Assembly (NCBI GenBank): GCA_963789265.1
Contig: CAWBKB010000001.1
Coordinates: forward strand, 1,312,001 to 1,376,000
DNA length: 64,000 nucleotides
Reading direction: 5' to 3'
Origin: an uncultured delta proteobacterium
GTDB taxonomy: Bacteria; Desulfobacterota; Desulfomonilia; Desulfomonilales; Desulfomonilaceae
Below, in pieces: positions 31,486-41,122 of this stretch (position 1 is the stretch's first letter; every line of letters begins with the position of its first letter). The notes beneath the pieces were generated by a model that searched no databases, was not told the DNA's origin, and saw nothing but the letters and a program-made list of their open reading frames with translations. Both the position numbers and the translations under genes were made by a program.

Positions 31486-33444
31486 CTATTTCTTTCCTCC
31501 CTGACGAGACACATCCTGTAATCTGATATCCTGTTTGATCTCTACTACTCTGCCATCTTCGTAGGTGATGTTGGTTTCCATGTGGAGTTTTTCGACACCG
31601 GAATAGAGAGCATCTATGATATCTTTGTACCGATTCTCCACAAAGGCCCGGCGGATCTTCCTAGTTCGAGTCAATTCATCGTCGTCCGCGTCAAATTCTT
31701 TGTAGAGGTTGGCGAATCTCCCGATCTTGGCGGAATCGGGCAGGGTTCGGTTCACCTCTCTAATGGGTTGTTCCACCAGATCGTAAACCGCTGGGTCCTG
31801 TGAGAGTTCCGTATAGCTGGTATAGTTGATGCCGTTGTCCTCGGCCCACTTGCCAACAGTATTGTAGTCTATGCATAGGATTGCACTGACGTAGGGTCTC
31901 TTATGTCCTACGATCAGCGCATCTTTCAAGTACGGGCTGAATTTGAGGCGGGCCTCGAGGAACTGGGGGGAAAACTTTCTGCCGTCGCTCAAAATCATGA
32001 TGTCTTTTGACCGATCGAAAACTACCAAGTGCCCGTCTTCGTCAATAAATCCGGTGTCTCCCGAATAGAGCCACCCGTCCTTGAGTGCTTTCGCCGTCTC
32101 CTCGGGCATCTTGTAATAACCCGCGAAGACAGAGGGGCTTTTGGAAATGATTTCGTCGTCTTCAGTAATACGGACCTGGGTCTCCGGAATTGGCGTGCCC
32201 ACGGTGTCGAACTTAACGTCTCCGTCACGATGCACCACAGAGATTCCGGCAATCTCCGTTTGTCCGTAAATCTGCTTCAGGTTCACGCCAATTGCATGGA
32301 AGAAGCGGAAATGGTCCGGCCCCATGGCCGCTCCACCCGTATAGGCATGACGCACCCCGCTCAGTCCGAGGTGGTCCCGGATCTTCTGGTACGTGGCCAG
32401 GTCCGCAAGGAATCGGAGGAATTTCCAATAGAACGGGACAGGTTTCTTTTCGAATTTCAACTCCGCCGTGTGATACCCCACTTTCATGGAGATATCGAAA
32501 ATCTTTCGCTTGAGCCAGGTGGCATCCAGGTGCTTAACCTGGACCGTACGGGTCATCTGCTCGTATAGACGCGGCGGAGCAAACATTACATGAGGCCCTA
32601 TTTCTCGAACGTTTTGCTGGGCGGTTTCCGGTTCCTCAGGGAAATTGATTGTGAAACCAATCTGAAGGCCGCACGATATGGCCATCATCTGTTCCCCGAT
32701 CCATGCGAACGGCAGGTAAGAGACAAAATCGTCGTCAGGCGTGCACGGATCGACCCTCATCAGGTTCCGCCCCATGGTGAGCATGTTGTAATGTGTGAGA
32801 AGGGCACCTTTCGGCAGGGCAGTGGTTCCGGAGGTGTAAAAAAGCAGACAGATATCATCCCCTTTGCCACTGGCGACCATTCTGTCGAACAATCCCGGGT
32901 CTTCCTTGTCCTTGTCCGCTCCGAGTCTTTTCAACTCGTCGAGCCCGATGAGCATCTGGTCGTCGTAATGGCGCAACCCCTTCGGATCGTCCCAAATAAT
33001 CTTTTCGAGCTTGGGGCAGCGGTCACGTATTGCCAGCGCCTTATCGACTTCTTCCTGTCCTTCTGCCACGTAGAATTTTGCATCGGAATGATCGACAATG
33101 TATTTCACCTCGTCCATAAGGCAGTCCTGAAAGAGCCACACCCCAATTCCACCCCCGCACATGGCGGCCATTTCCGCCCACAGGGCTTCCGGGCGATTGT
33201 CACCGATCATGATCACCTTGTCGCCGGGGACAAGTCCTAAGCCGATCAGACCGAGAGTGATCTGTTTGACGTTTTCGAGATACTGCGACCATGTGACGGG
33301 CCGCCAGATCCCGTATTCTTTCTCGCGCATAGCGACTTTGCTCGAACCGAATTTCCTGCACTGCTGAAGAAGGAGCTTGGGCAAGGTCAAGTCTTTGGTA
33401 ATGTCTATTTCTCCCTTGTAATGCTCTTCACCTGCGGCTGACAT
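31486..33444 (-). CDS. Long-chain acyl-CoA synthetase embedded in the ABC operon
   Basis: VAMREKEYGIW, YTSGTTALPKG, YGQTE, GWLYSGD, ELTRTRKIRR. Confidence 0.92.
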   Translation of the reverse strand: MSAAGEEHYKGEIDITKDLTLPKLLLQQCRKFGSSKVAMREKEYGIWRPVTWSQYLENVKQITLGLIGLGLVPGDKVIMIGDNRPEALWAEMAAMCGGGIGVWLFQDCLMDEVKYIVDHSDAKFYVAEGQEEVDKALAIRDRCPKLEKIIWDDPKGLRHYDDQMLIGLDELKRLGADKDKEDPGLFDRMVASGKGDDICLLFYTSGTTALPKGALLTHYNMLTMGRNLMRVDPCTPDDDFVSYLPFAWIGEQMMAISCGLQIGFTINFPEEPETAQQNVREIGPHVMFAPPRLYEQMTRTVQVKHLDATWLKRKIFDISMKVGYHTAELKFEKKPVPFYWKFLRFLADLATYQKIRDHLGLSGVRHAYTGGAAMGPDHFRFFHAIGVNLKQIYGQTEIAGISVVHRDGDVKFDTVGTPIPETQVRITEDDEIISKSPSVFAGYYKMPEETAKALKDGWLYSGDTGFIDEDGHLVVFDRSKDIMILSDGRKFSPQFLEARLKFSPYLKDALIVGHKRPYVSAILCIDYNTVGKWAEDNGINYTSYTELSQDPAVYDLVEQPIREVNRTLPDSAKIGRFANLYKEFDADDDELTRTRKIRRAFVENRYKDIIDALYSGVEKLHMETNITYEDGRVVEIKQDIRLQDVSRQGGKK

Positions 33445-34228
33445 ATAAATCCTCCACCTCACCCAGGTAAGCTTTGATGACTTCCGGATTCTCCTGCACT
33501 TCGGCCGGCGTCCCGTCGGCAATCTTCACTCCGAAATTCAGTGCCATGACTCGATCCGAAAGGTCCATTACTACGCCCATGTCATGTTCCACCAGCACAC
33601 AGGTGACTTTCCAGCGCTCGTCTTCATTGATATCGATGATGAAGCGCGCCATGTCCTCCACTTCTTCCAGGTTCAACCCGGCCAAGGGCTCGTCCAGCAG
33701 AATTATTTCCGGCTGAAGGGCCAGTGCACGAGCCAGTTCTATCCGCTTTTGCATGCCATAGGAGAGCATGCCGGTGACTTCGTTCCGTACGGCCTCTATC
33801 TCGAGAAGGTCGACAATTTCTTCTTCAATGAATTTCCGAGCCTTCACCTCTTCTCTGCTGGTCTTACCCCAGTAAATGAATGAATTGAAAATGCCTGAAT
33901 GCAGGTGCAAGTGGCGGCCGAGGCGAATATTGTCCAAGACCGTCATGCCGCCGAACAACTCTATTTTTTGAAACGTACGGGATAAGCCCATAGCTGCACG
34001 TCGGTGTGGAGAAAAGCGCGTTATGTCGGCTCCCTTGAGAAACAAGCGGCCGCGGTTCGGGCGATAAAGCCCGTTAACACAGTTCATCATGCAGGTCTTT
34101 CCCGCTCCGTTCGGTCCGATAATGGAGAAGATCTCCCCCCTCCTGACTTCAAAGCTGACATTTGATAGGGCCGCAACCCCGTGGAACGAAAGAAAGACGT
34201 TTTTCGCCTCAAGCATGACTTCCGACAT
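33428..34228 (-). CDS. LIV-type ABC transporter ATP-binding protein (LivG-like)
   Basis: GPNGAGKT, LSRTFQ, LSYG.QKRIELARAL, VEHDM, VIKAYLG. Confidence 0.93.
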   Translation of the reverse strand: MSEVMLEAKNVFLSFHGVAALSNVSFEVRRGEIFSIIGPNGAGKTCMMNCVNGLYRPNRGRLFLKGADITRFSPHRRAAMGLSRTFQKIELFGGMTVLDNIRLGRHLHLHSGIFNSFIYWGKTSREEVKARKFIEEEIVDLLEIEAVRNEVTGMLSYGMQKRIELARALALQPEIILLDEPLAGLNLEEVEDMARFIIDINEDERWKVTCVLVEHDMGVVMDLSDRVMALNFGVKIADGTPAEVQENPEVIKAYLGEVEDLYVSRR

Positions 34229-34765
34229 TCAGCATCCCCTTTGCACAACACACCAATGAAGCTGAGCCATCGGGCATTTGTGGCCAGTAATCATGAGTCA
34301 AGTCGGCGTGAAGGAAGATTCCACTCGTTATGGAGCCTGATTGAGATTCCTTAAACCGATGAGATAAGGCGCTTAAACTAACAAAACCTGCCTTTCAGGT
34401 CAAGCTTTACTGTAAATCGCTGTCGGAACTGTCGGCGGCTGTCTCGGTGCGTTTCCTTTGATCGAAAGATACGGCGCGACGCATAGCGAGAGTTTCGGGG
34501 GAATTGATGGCAGCTTGGTAATGTGAGCAAATATGCATGTCAAAATCGCGGGCCGATAACTCGACGGATCGTTGAGGACTCCCCGGCTTGTCAGCGCCAC
34601 AGTGGGGCAGCATGTGGTTTGAACTTGGCAGCTTGGCGGCACTTTGATAAGCACTCCTTTTCTCATGCGTGCCAGGGCCCTTGAAAGACCGAACCGAGTT
34701 GACTGAAGACGGGGTAATCATGGATAAACTCATATTGAAAAGTCAAGACGAAAAATGATATTAAA

Positions 34766-34887
34766 GTAAGCATTCAGTTACAGCCGGAATTTGCCGCTGG
34801 CCTCGTGGGGTGGGCTTTCTAGCCCGCCATTGAACGGGGGGGGCCTCGGCAGGCTGGAAAGCCTGCCCCACAAGACTGAATGGTTAC
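34766..34887. mobile_element. 122-bp MITE with 12-bp TIRs and an 8-bp target-site duplication
   Basis: GTAAGCATTCAG..CTGAATGGTTAC (11/12 inverted match) flanked by ATATTAAA at 34758-34765 and 34888-34895; encloses a GTGGGG..CCCCAC REP doublet. Confidence 0.8.
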
Positions 34888-35128
34888 ATATTAAAGATTA
34901 TTCACCCGGCAGCAGCCACACTTCAAAGCCCCCAATAGCCATCTTTGGGGCTGAAGCCGGCAGTCAAGGCTCAGGGCCGGCACCGAGAATCCCTTTCCAA
35001 AATGGCTCGGTCGCTCGTCGGGCGCAGGCTCGCTTTTTTGCGGCTAATCCAGCCTGTTCCCTAGACATGGTTGGCGAGAGCTTTGGGCCTCTGCGGTCGG
35101 TTTGAACGGATTTGGAGGAGAGGAAGGC

Positions 35129-35921
35129 ATGGACGAAGACTCAAGTCTTTTGAAAGTCACTCGGGACGGGATAGTGCTGCTGACTATCAACCGGCCACAG
35201 GCACTGAACTGCTTCGACATGTCGCTTCTCGGGAGGTTTGAGCGGACTATAGCAGAGATCGCGTTCGACCGGGAGGCGAGGGTGGTGATAATCACGGGTT
35301 CCACTGAAGGGAAGAACGCCTTTAGCACGGGGGCGGATCTGAAGGAGAGGGCGGGCATGTCACCGGATCAGGTGCGCCTTTATGTCCGCACGATTAGGAA
35401 CCTGTTCACTGCTGTGGAAGACCTGCCCAAGCCTGTAATTGCTGCCGTCAACGGCTATGCCTTCGGTGGAGGATTGGAACTGGCCTTGGCGTGCGACATA
35501 AGATTAGCCTCAACCAATGCGGTGGTAGGATTGACGGAGACCAGTTTAGCGATAATTCCCGGTGCCGGCGGTACGCAGCGATTGCCGAGAGTTGTGGGCG
35601 TGGCCCACGCCAAGGAGATGATCTTCCGGGCACGGCGCATCACCGCCGCAGAATCGCTTGATATTGGACTATTTCTCGAGATAGTCGAGCCAGAAACGCC
35701 TCATTGAGCGGGCTTTCGAGATCTCCCGGGAAATCTCGGCCAACGGACCGGTGGCCCTCGCCCAGGCCAAGTACGCTGTAAACAAAGGTATCGAAGTAAG
35801 TCTTCCGATCGGCCTGGCCATCGAATCCAACGCCTATGCCGTGACCATCCCCACGAAGGACAGAATTGAAGGGCTCACTGCGTTCAGGGAAAAAAGAAAG
35901 CCCGTTTATACCGGAGAATAG
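35129..35921 (+). CDS. Enoyl-CoA hydratase (methylglutaconyl-CoA hydratase-like); +1 frameshift near 35695
   Basis: AFSTGADLKER, GGGLELALACD, PGAGGTQRL; after the extra A the frame continues RLIERA..NGPVALAQAK..EGLTAFREKRKPVYTGE-stop. Confidence 0.87.
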
Positions 35922-35934
35922 AGGGAGGTTTTTT

Positions 35935-37080
35935 ATGTCCTGCCAAGAACTGGCCTATCCGAGAAAGGTCCAGATCAACGATATCACTGTGCGAGACGGA
36001 TTTCAGCATGAAGAGATATGGATACCCACGGACGCCAAATTGTTTTATCTGGAAGAGCTTATACTGTGCGGCATAAAGCACCTTGAAGTAACCAACCTGG
36101 GGAATCCGGTGCTGATGCCGCAGTTCAAGGACGCCGACGAGCTACTCAAAAGGCTCAGGGACTCGAAGAAGCTTTCCCGCGCGGGCATCAACTGGGATGA
36201 CATTACACTCACCGCCATAACAATCAGGGAACGGGCCGTCGATCGCGCTATCATCGGCAAGAAGGAAGGATGGGGGCCGGACCGCATCTTGATGATGGTT
36301 TCCACGGATGAAGAGCATCACTTCGCGAATTCGGGGACTACGCTCCCCAATTACTGGACAGAGGCCAAGCGCTGCATTGAGAAAGCAAGAGAAGCAGGGA
36401 TCAAACTGAACGGCACGGTTTCTACGATTTGGGGCTCACCCATCTCAGGACCCACCCGTTTGGAAGAGGCGGTAGAATTTACCAAGCGCTGGCTTGAAAT
36501 AGGCGCGGCCGACATAGAACATGCCGACCACGACGGAAGTGCTCCTCCGGATCAAGTCTACAAATACTTTTCGATGGTCCTTGACCAAATCCCTGACAAG
36601 AGGCTTCATATTGCTCATTTTCATGTGACCCGCGGCTGGGGTACGGCCAACTGTCTTGCGGCGATGTTAGCGGGAATCGAGATCTTCGAGGGTACCCTGG
36701 GAGGCATTGGAGGCCAACCGGCCAATTTCCTTGACCGTGTTCCCGTTGGAGGAACAGGGGCCTACTACTATCGTGACCCTAATGTGGTCGGTCTCCAAAG
36801 CATCGAAGATATGGTGGTCATGATGGATGAAATGGGCATATATACCGGGATAGACGTGGACCGACTACTGGATCTGGGCACAATGATGGAAAAAACCATC
36901 GGGCGAAGGCTGAGGTCCGAATCAATCCTCAACCGCCGCATTCCGAAAAATCCAAGGGAAGAATTCAAGCGCAAGGGACTAGCCGATTTGAAGAAGAAAC
37001 TGGGAGAACAGCCTGGCCAGAAATACCCGGCGGACTGGCCCGAGAATAGCACTTATACCAGTGCGCCATCAAACAAGTGA
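35935..37080 (+). CDS. DRE-TIM metallolyase, HMG-CoA lyase-like
   Basis: DITVRDGFQHE, HFH metal motif, GGIGG; gene context. Confidence 0.82.
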   Translation: MSCQELAYPRKVQINDITVRDGFQHEEIWIPTDAKLFYLEELILCGIKHLEVTNLGNPVLMPQFKDADELLKRLRDSKKLSRAGINWDDITLTAITIRERAVDRAIIGKKEGWGPDRILMMVSTDEEHHFANSGTTLPNYWTEAKRCIEKAREAGIKLNGTVSTIWGSPISGPTRLEEAVEFTKRWLEIGAADIEHADHDGSAPPDQVYKYFSMVLDQIPDKRLHIAHFHVTRGWGTANCLAAMLAGIEIFEGTLGGIGGQPANFLDRVPVGGTGAYYYRDPNVVGLQSIEDMVVMMDEMGIYTGIDVDRLLDLGTMMEKTIGRRLRSESILNRRIPKNPREEFKRKGLADLKKKLGEQPGQKYPADWPENSTYTSAPSNK

Positions 37081-37479
37081 CAATCCCCGCGAGGAGATGG
37101 TGGGGCATCCCACGTTCCGCGGGATCACCCCGGACTTCGATCCGGGGATGGTAGGGGCGACCGGCGGGTCGCCCAGGGCGAATGCCATTCGCCCCTACAG
37201 ATGCCCGCGTACGCGGGCATGACGACATGTAGGGGCGGGTTTGAAACCCAATGCTGTTGACTTAAGGGACCTCCGTCTACCCCACCGTCACCCCGGCGAA
37301 GGCCGGGGTCCAGGGGAGATGAGGAAAACCTGGATTCCGGCCTCCGCCGGAATGACGAGGTGAAGGCCCGTCGAAGGAAAAGCTCCTGGACAAGAGGCAT
37401 GCGGCTTAAGTCAACAGCATTGGGTTTGAAACCCGCCCCTACCGGAAACACGATGTCACTTATTTGAAAGCGAATCGGT
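37057..37479. mobile_element. Inverted copy of the 26285-26529 MITE, with a nested insertion
   Basis: TIRs ACCAGTGCGCCATCAAACAAGTGA / TCACTTATTTGAAAGCGAATCGGT; internal blocks are reverse complements of those at 26285-26529. Confidence 0.78.
37249..37422. mobile_element. 174-bp IS4-like MITE inserted in a REP palindrome
   Basis: Perfect 18-bp TIR CAATGCTGTTGACTTAAG; 11-bp duplication GGTTTGAAACC at 37238-37248 and 37423-37433. Confidence 0.85.
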
Positions 37480-37556
37480 GTCATGCCCGCTGATCGGTGC
37501 CTCGGCACGTAAGCAATTTTGCATGTCTTTGAACACCCGAACAAGGAGGTACGAGT

Positions 37557-39506
37557 ATGGGCCCTCTTTGGGAACCCTCGCAAGATCGCGTTAAAAACGC
37601 CAATATCACCAAGTTTATTGACTTCGTTAACAAAAAGCATTCCTCGAACCTTCGGGGCTTTCATCAGCTTTATGACTGGTCCATCGAAGATAGGGAAGAC
37701 TTTTGGGCCGCAGTCTGGGAGTTTTGTAGCATAATAGCTTCCAAACCGTACGAGAAGGTCCTGGAAGACTCCCCCACCATGATCGGTGCCAAATGGTTCA
37801 TAGGTTCGCGCCTCAATTTTGCCCAGAACCTCCTGCGCTTTCGAGATGATCGGGTGGCTTTGGTCTTCAAAGGTGAGGGCCAACATACCGTCCGCATGAC
37901 CTATGCCCGGCTCTATGATGAAGTGGCGCGCCTTGCTAAATCTTTCAGAGAAGTCGGTGTGGTCGCGGGAGACCGGGTGGCGGGATATGTTCCCAACATG
38001 ATGCAGCCTATAGTAGCCATGCTGGCAACCGCAAGTATCGGGGCCATCTGGTCTTCATGCTCCCCTGACTTCGGCATCAAGGGGGTGCTCGACAGGTTTG
38101 GGCAGATAGAGCCCAAAATCCTGTTTACGGCTGACGGTTATTTTTATAACGGGAAAACGCACAGTTCCCTCGATCGAATAGCCGGTATCGTGAAAGAGAT
38201 TCCCAGCATCGAGAAACTGGTGGTAATTCCCTATACGCAAGACAGAGCAGACATCAATTCTATTCCGAAAGCGGTTCATTACGATGATTTTCTTTCCAAG
38301 GAAGACGGCCTCGAGATCGAGTTCGAGCAACTCCCCTTCGATCATCCGCTCTACATTATGTATTCGTCCGGAACCACCGGTCTGCCCAAGTGCATGGTTC
38401 ACGGTGCGGGTGGAACTCTGATTCAGCATCTAAAGGAACACGTGCTTCACTGTGACGTCAAAAGGGAAGACAAGATTTACTACTTCACCACGTTGGGTTG
38501 GATGATGTGGAATTGGCTCGTGAGTGGTCTCGGCAGCGGTGCCACTGTGATTCTTTATGACGGGTCCCCCTTCTATCCCGATCCGGGAGCGATCTTCGAG
38601 TTGGCCGAACAGGAAAAGATGACCGTTTTCGGTACCAGTGCGCGCTATATAGCCGCTGTGGAAAAGGCTGGACTTAAACCCAGAGAGAAATACGATCTTT
38701 CCAGCCTCAAGCTAATGTGCTCTACAGGGTCCCCGCTTTCGGAAGAAAGCTTCAGATTCGTTTATCGAGACATCAAAGAGGATATTTGTCTTGCTTCCAT
38801 TTCCGGGGGAACAGACATAATTTCCTGCTTCGCTCTCGGCTGCCCCATCCTCCCTGTTTATGAGGGCGAACTTCAATGCCGCGGTCTGGGGATGAAAGTC
38901 GAGGCATTCGACGCAGACGGGAAGCCGGTCAGGGGTCGGCAAGGAGAGTTGGTCTGCACCGCGACATTCCCGTCCCAGCCGATCTATTTCTGGAAAGATC
39001 CGGACAACGCCAAGTACAAGAGCGCATATTTCGAAGCATATCCGAACGTATGGCATCACGGTGATTTTATAGAGATCACCGAGCACGGAGGCGTTAAGAT
39101 TTATGGACGTTCCGACGCGACTCTCAATCCTTCCGGTGTTCGTATAGGCACCGCTGAAATTTACCGGCAAGTCGAGTCTTTCCCGGAGATCTCGGACAGT
39201 ATCGTGGTGGGGCAACAGTGGGACAACGACGTTCGGGTAATCCTCTTTGTGAAGGCCGCCGAAAATGCGGAGCTTACTGATGACCTGAAGAACCGAATCA
39301 AGAAAGCCATTCGCGATAATACAACACCAAGACACGTCCCCGCGCTGATCTTGGCGGTAGAGGACATCCCATGCACGTTGAACGGAAAAAAGGTGGAGCT
39401 CGCGGTAAGGAACGTGATTGAGGGCAGACCCGTCACGAACAAGGATGCCTTGGCCAACCCGGAAGCACTGGATTTTTACAAGAATATCCCCGAACTTGTT
39501 AAATGA
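37557..39506 (+). CDS. Acetoacetate--CoA ligase
   Basis: PLWEPS, RLNFAQNLL, WSSCSPDFG, YSSGTTGLPKC, GWMMWNWL, ISGGTD, GRSDATLNP, GKKVE. Confidence 0.94.
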   Translation: MGPLWEPSQDRVKNANITKFIDFVNKKHSSNLRGFHQLYDWSIEDREDFWAAVWEFCSIIASKPYEKVLEDSPTMIGAKWFIGSRLNFAQNLLRFRDDRVALVFKGEGQHTVRMTYARLYDEVARLAKSFREVGVVAGDRVAGYVPNMMQPIVAMLATASIGAIWSSCSPDFGIKGVLDRFGQIEPKILFTADGYFYNGKTHSSLDRIAGIVKEIPSIEKLVVIPYTQDRADINSIPKAVHYDDFLSKEDGLEIEFEQLPFDHPLYIMYSSGTTGLPKCMVHGAGGTLIQHLKEHVLHCDVKREDKIYYFTTLGWMMWNWLVSGLGSGATVILYDGSPFYPDPGAIFELAEQEKMTVFGTSARYIAAVEKAGLKPREKYDLSSLKLMCSTGSPLSEESFRFVYRDIKEDICLASISGGTDIISCFALGCPILPVYEGELQCRGLGMKVEAFDADGKPVRGRQGELVCTATFPSQPIYFWKDPDNAKYKSAYFEAYPNVWHHGDFIEITEHGGVKIYGRSDATLNPSGVRIGTAEIYRQVESFPEISDSIVVGQQWDNDVRVILFVKAAENAELTDDLKNRIKKAIRDNTTPRHVPALILAVEDIPCTLNGKKVELAVRNVIEGRPVTNKDALANPEALDFYKNIPELVK

Positions 39507-39652
39507 CTAAGAGATAAAGCAGGGACTGTACCAACTTCCATCACGCAGAGGGCCATGACGAAATTATGAAAACGCCGGCAGAATCGGCATGATAATCGTA
39601 TCTTAAGAAATACTCTTCGCCCAATTAGTGCCCGGTAACAGGAGCAAAGCAG

Positions 39653-40540
39653 ATGTGGGAAGAATTGAACAAGAAAGCGGTGGGTCTCTTCCAAAGCGGT
39701 CGATATGCAGAGGCCGTGGAAATTGCCAAGAAAGCTTTGGAAGAAGCTGAAAAGACTTTTGGACCGGATGATCCTCATGTGGCGCGAGTGCTGAATAATC
39801 TTGCCGAAATGTACAGGGCTCAAGTGCAGTATGCCGATGCAGAGCCCTTGTGGGAGCGGGCGCTCGATATACGCGAAAAGGCCCTGGGAAAAGATCACCC
39901 CGACGTTGCCATGTCTCTGAACAATCTGGCAGGTGCTTATTTCGAGCAGGGCAAGTTTGCGGAAGCCGAGCCCCTTTTCAGAAGAGCGATTACAATATTG
40001 GAAAAATCTCTTGGGCCGGAGCATCCGGATATTGCCACTTCCCTTAACAATCTCGCAGCACTGCTCAGGACCGTCGGACAGTATCCCGCGGCCAAAGTTC
40101 TCTATGATCGCGCGCTCGCCATCCTGGAGAAGTCGCTAGGGCCCGACCATCCCGAAGTAGGAACATGCTTAAATAATTTGGCGGGACTCTACGATTCGCA
40201 GCAGCGGCATCAGGATGCGGAGCCTCTGTACCGACGGTCCCTGCAAATTGCGGAGAAAACATTCGGCCCGAATCATCCTCACGTGGCTTCTTCCCTGAAC
40301 AATCTCGGGCGCACGCTGGTAGGTGTGGGCAATTACAGTGAAGCCGAGGCTCTCCTCATACGAGCACAAACCATAGTGGAGACTACTTACGGACTGCGCC
40401 ATCCTTACGTGACTACGGGCCTGGAGAATCTCGCGGACTTCTACGATGGGATTGGCAGATCCCCTGAAGCAAAAAGCCTGCGATCCCGCGCCCAGGAGAT
40501 TCGCGAAGAGATTGTTAAGTCGCGAATCGAGGAAGTTTGA
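39653..40540 (+). CDS. Tetratricopeptide repeat protein (42-aa kinesin-light-chain type)
   Basis: About six tandem LGPDHPxVAxSLNNLA..AEPL..RAL repeats. Confidence 0.9.
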   Translation: MWEELNKKAVGLFQSGRYAEAVEIAKKALEEAEKTFGPDDPHVARVLNNLAEMYRAQVQYADAEPLWERALDIREKALGKDHPDVAMSLNNLAGAYFEQGKFAEAEPLFRRAITILEKSLGPEHPDIATSLNNLAALLRTVGQYPAAKVLYDRALAILEKSLGPDHPEVGTCLNNLAGLYDSQQRHQDAEPLYRRSLQIAEKTFGPNHPHVASSLNNLGRTLVGVGNYSEAEALLIRAQTIVETTYGLRHPYVTTGLENLADFYDGIGRSPEAKSLRSRAQEIREEIVKSRIEEV

Positions 40541-40567
40541 CTCGCGCGCGTTTGAAGATCAGTTTCA

Positions 40568-40594
40568 GTAGGGTGGGCATCTTGCCCACCCTAC
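40568..40594. repeat. GTAG REP palindrome between convergent genes
   Basis: GTAGGGTGGGCATCTTGCCCACCCTAC; related copy starts near 45690. Confidence 0.75.
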
Positions 40595-40630
40595 TGATTA
40601 GAGCACGTCCCCACGAGGATCAAATGGATC

Positions 40631-41122
40631 TCATGGCGTTTCGTCGGCCGGTCTCTTGAAATGCCCGGATCGGCCTCCGCTCTTTTCCATCAGGCGGACT
40701 CCTGAAATGACCATGCTCCGATCTACTGCCTTGCACATGTCGTAAATGGTGAGCCCTGCGCAGGCTACCGCGGTAAGCGCTTCCATTTCGACGCCCGTTC
40801 GCGCCGACACCCGCACTGTAGCCTCGATTTCGATGAGTGACCGCTGCTTATTCGGGAAAAATTCCACCTGCACTGAGGTAAGCGGAAGCGGGTGAGCCAG
40901 GGGAATAAGCTCAGGGGTCTTCTTCGCGGCCATGATCGCGGCAATACGTGCTACGCCCAAAACGTCTCCCTTTTTTGCCCGGCCTTCAAGAATCAGGTCC
41001 AACGTGTGGGAGTTCATTCGGACTTCACCGCGGGCAATGGCTTCCCTCAGTGTAACCTGCTTTTCGCCCACATCCACCATGTGAGCCTGCCCCTTTTCAT
41101 CAAAGTGGGTCAGTTCAGTCAT
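40631..41122 (-). CDS. moaC: Cyclic pyranopterin monophosphate synthase
   Basis: [43 protein letters not shown]. Confidence 0.96.
   Translation of the reverse strand: MTELTHFDEKGQAHMVDVGEKQVTLREAIARGEVRMNSHTLDLILEGRAKKGDVLGVARIAAIMAAKKTPELIPLAHPLPLTSVQVEFFPNKQRSLIEIEATVRVSARTGVEMEALTAVACAGLTIYDMCKAVDRSMVISGVRLMEKSGGRSGHFKRPADETP

Noticed and set aside
37125..37886. 253-aa minus-strand ORF
   Set aside because: It is antisense to the acetoacetate-CoA ligase and runs through palindromic repeats, with no recognisable motifs.
39653..40540. Regular 126-bp periodicity as a CRISPR-like array
   Set aside because: The periodicity comes from in-frame 42-aa TPR coding repeats; there are no identical repeats with unique spacers and no cas genes.
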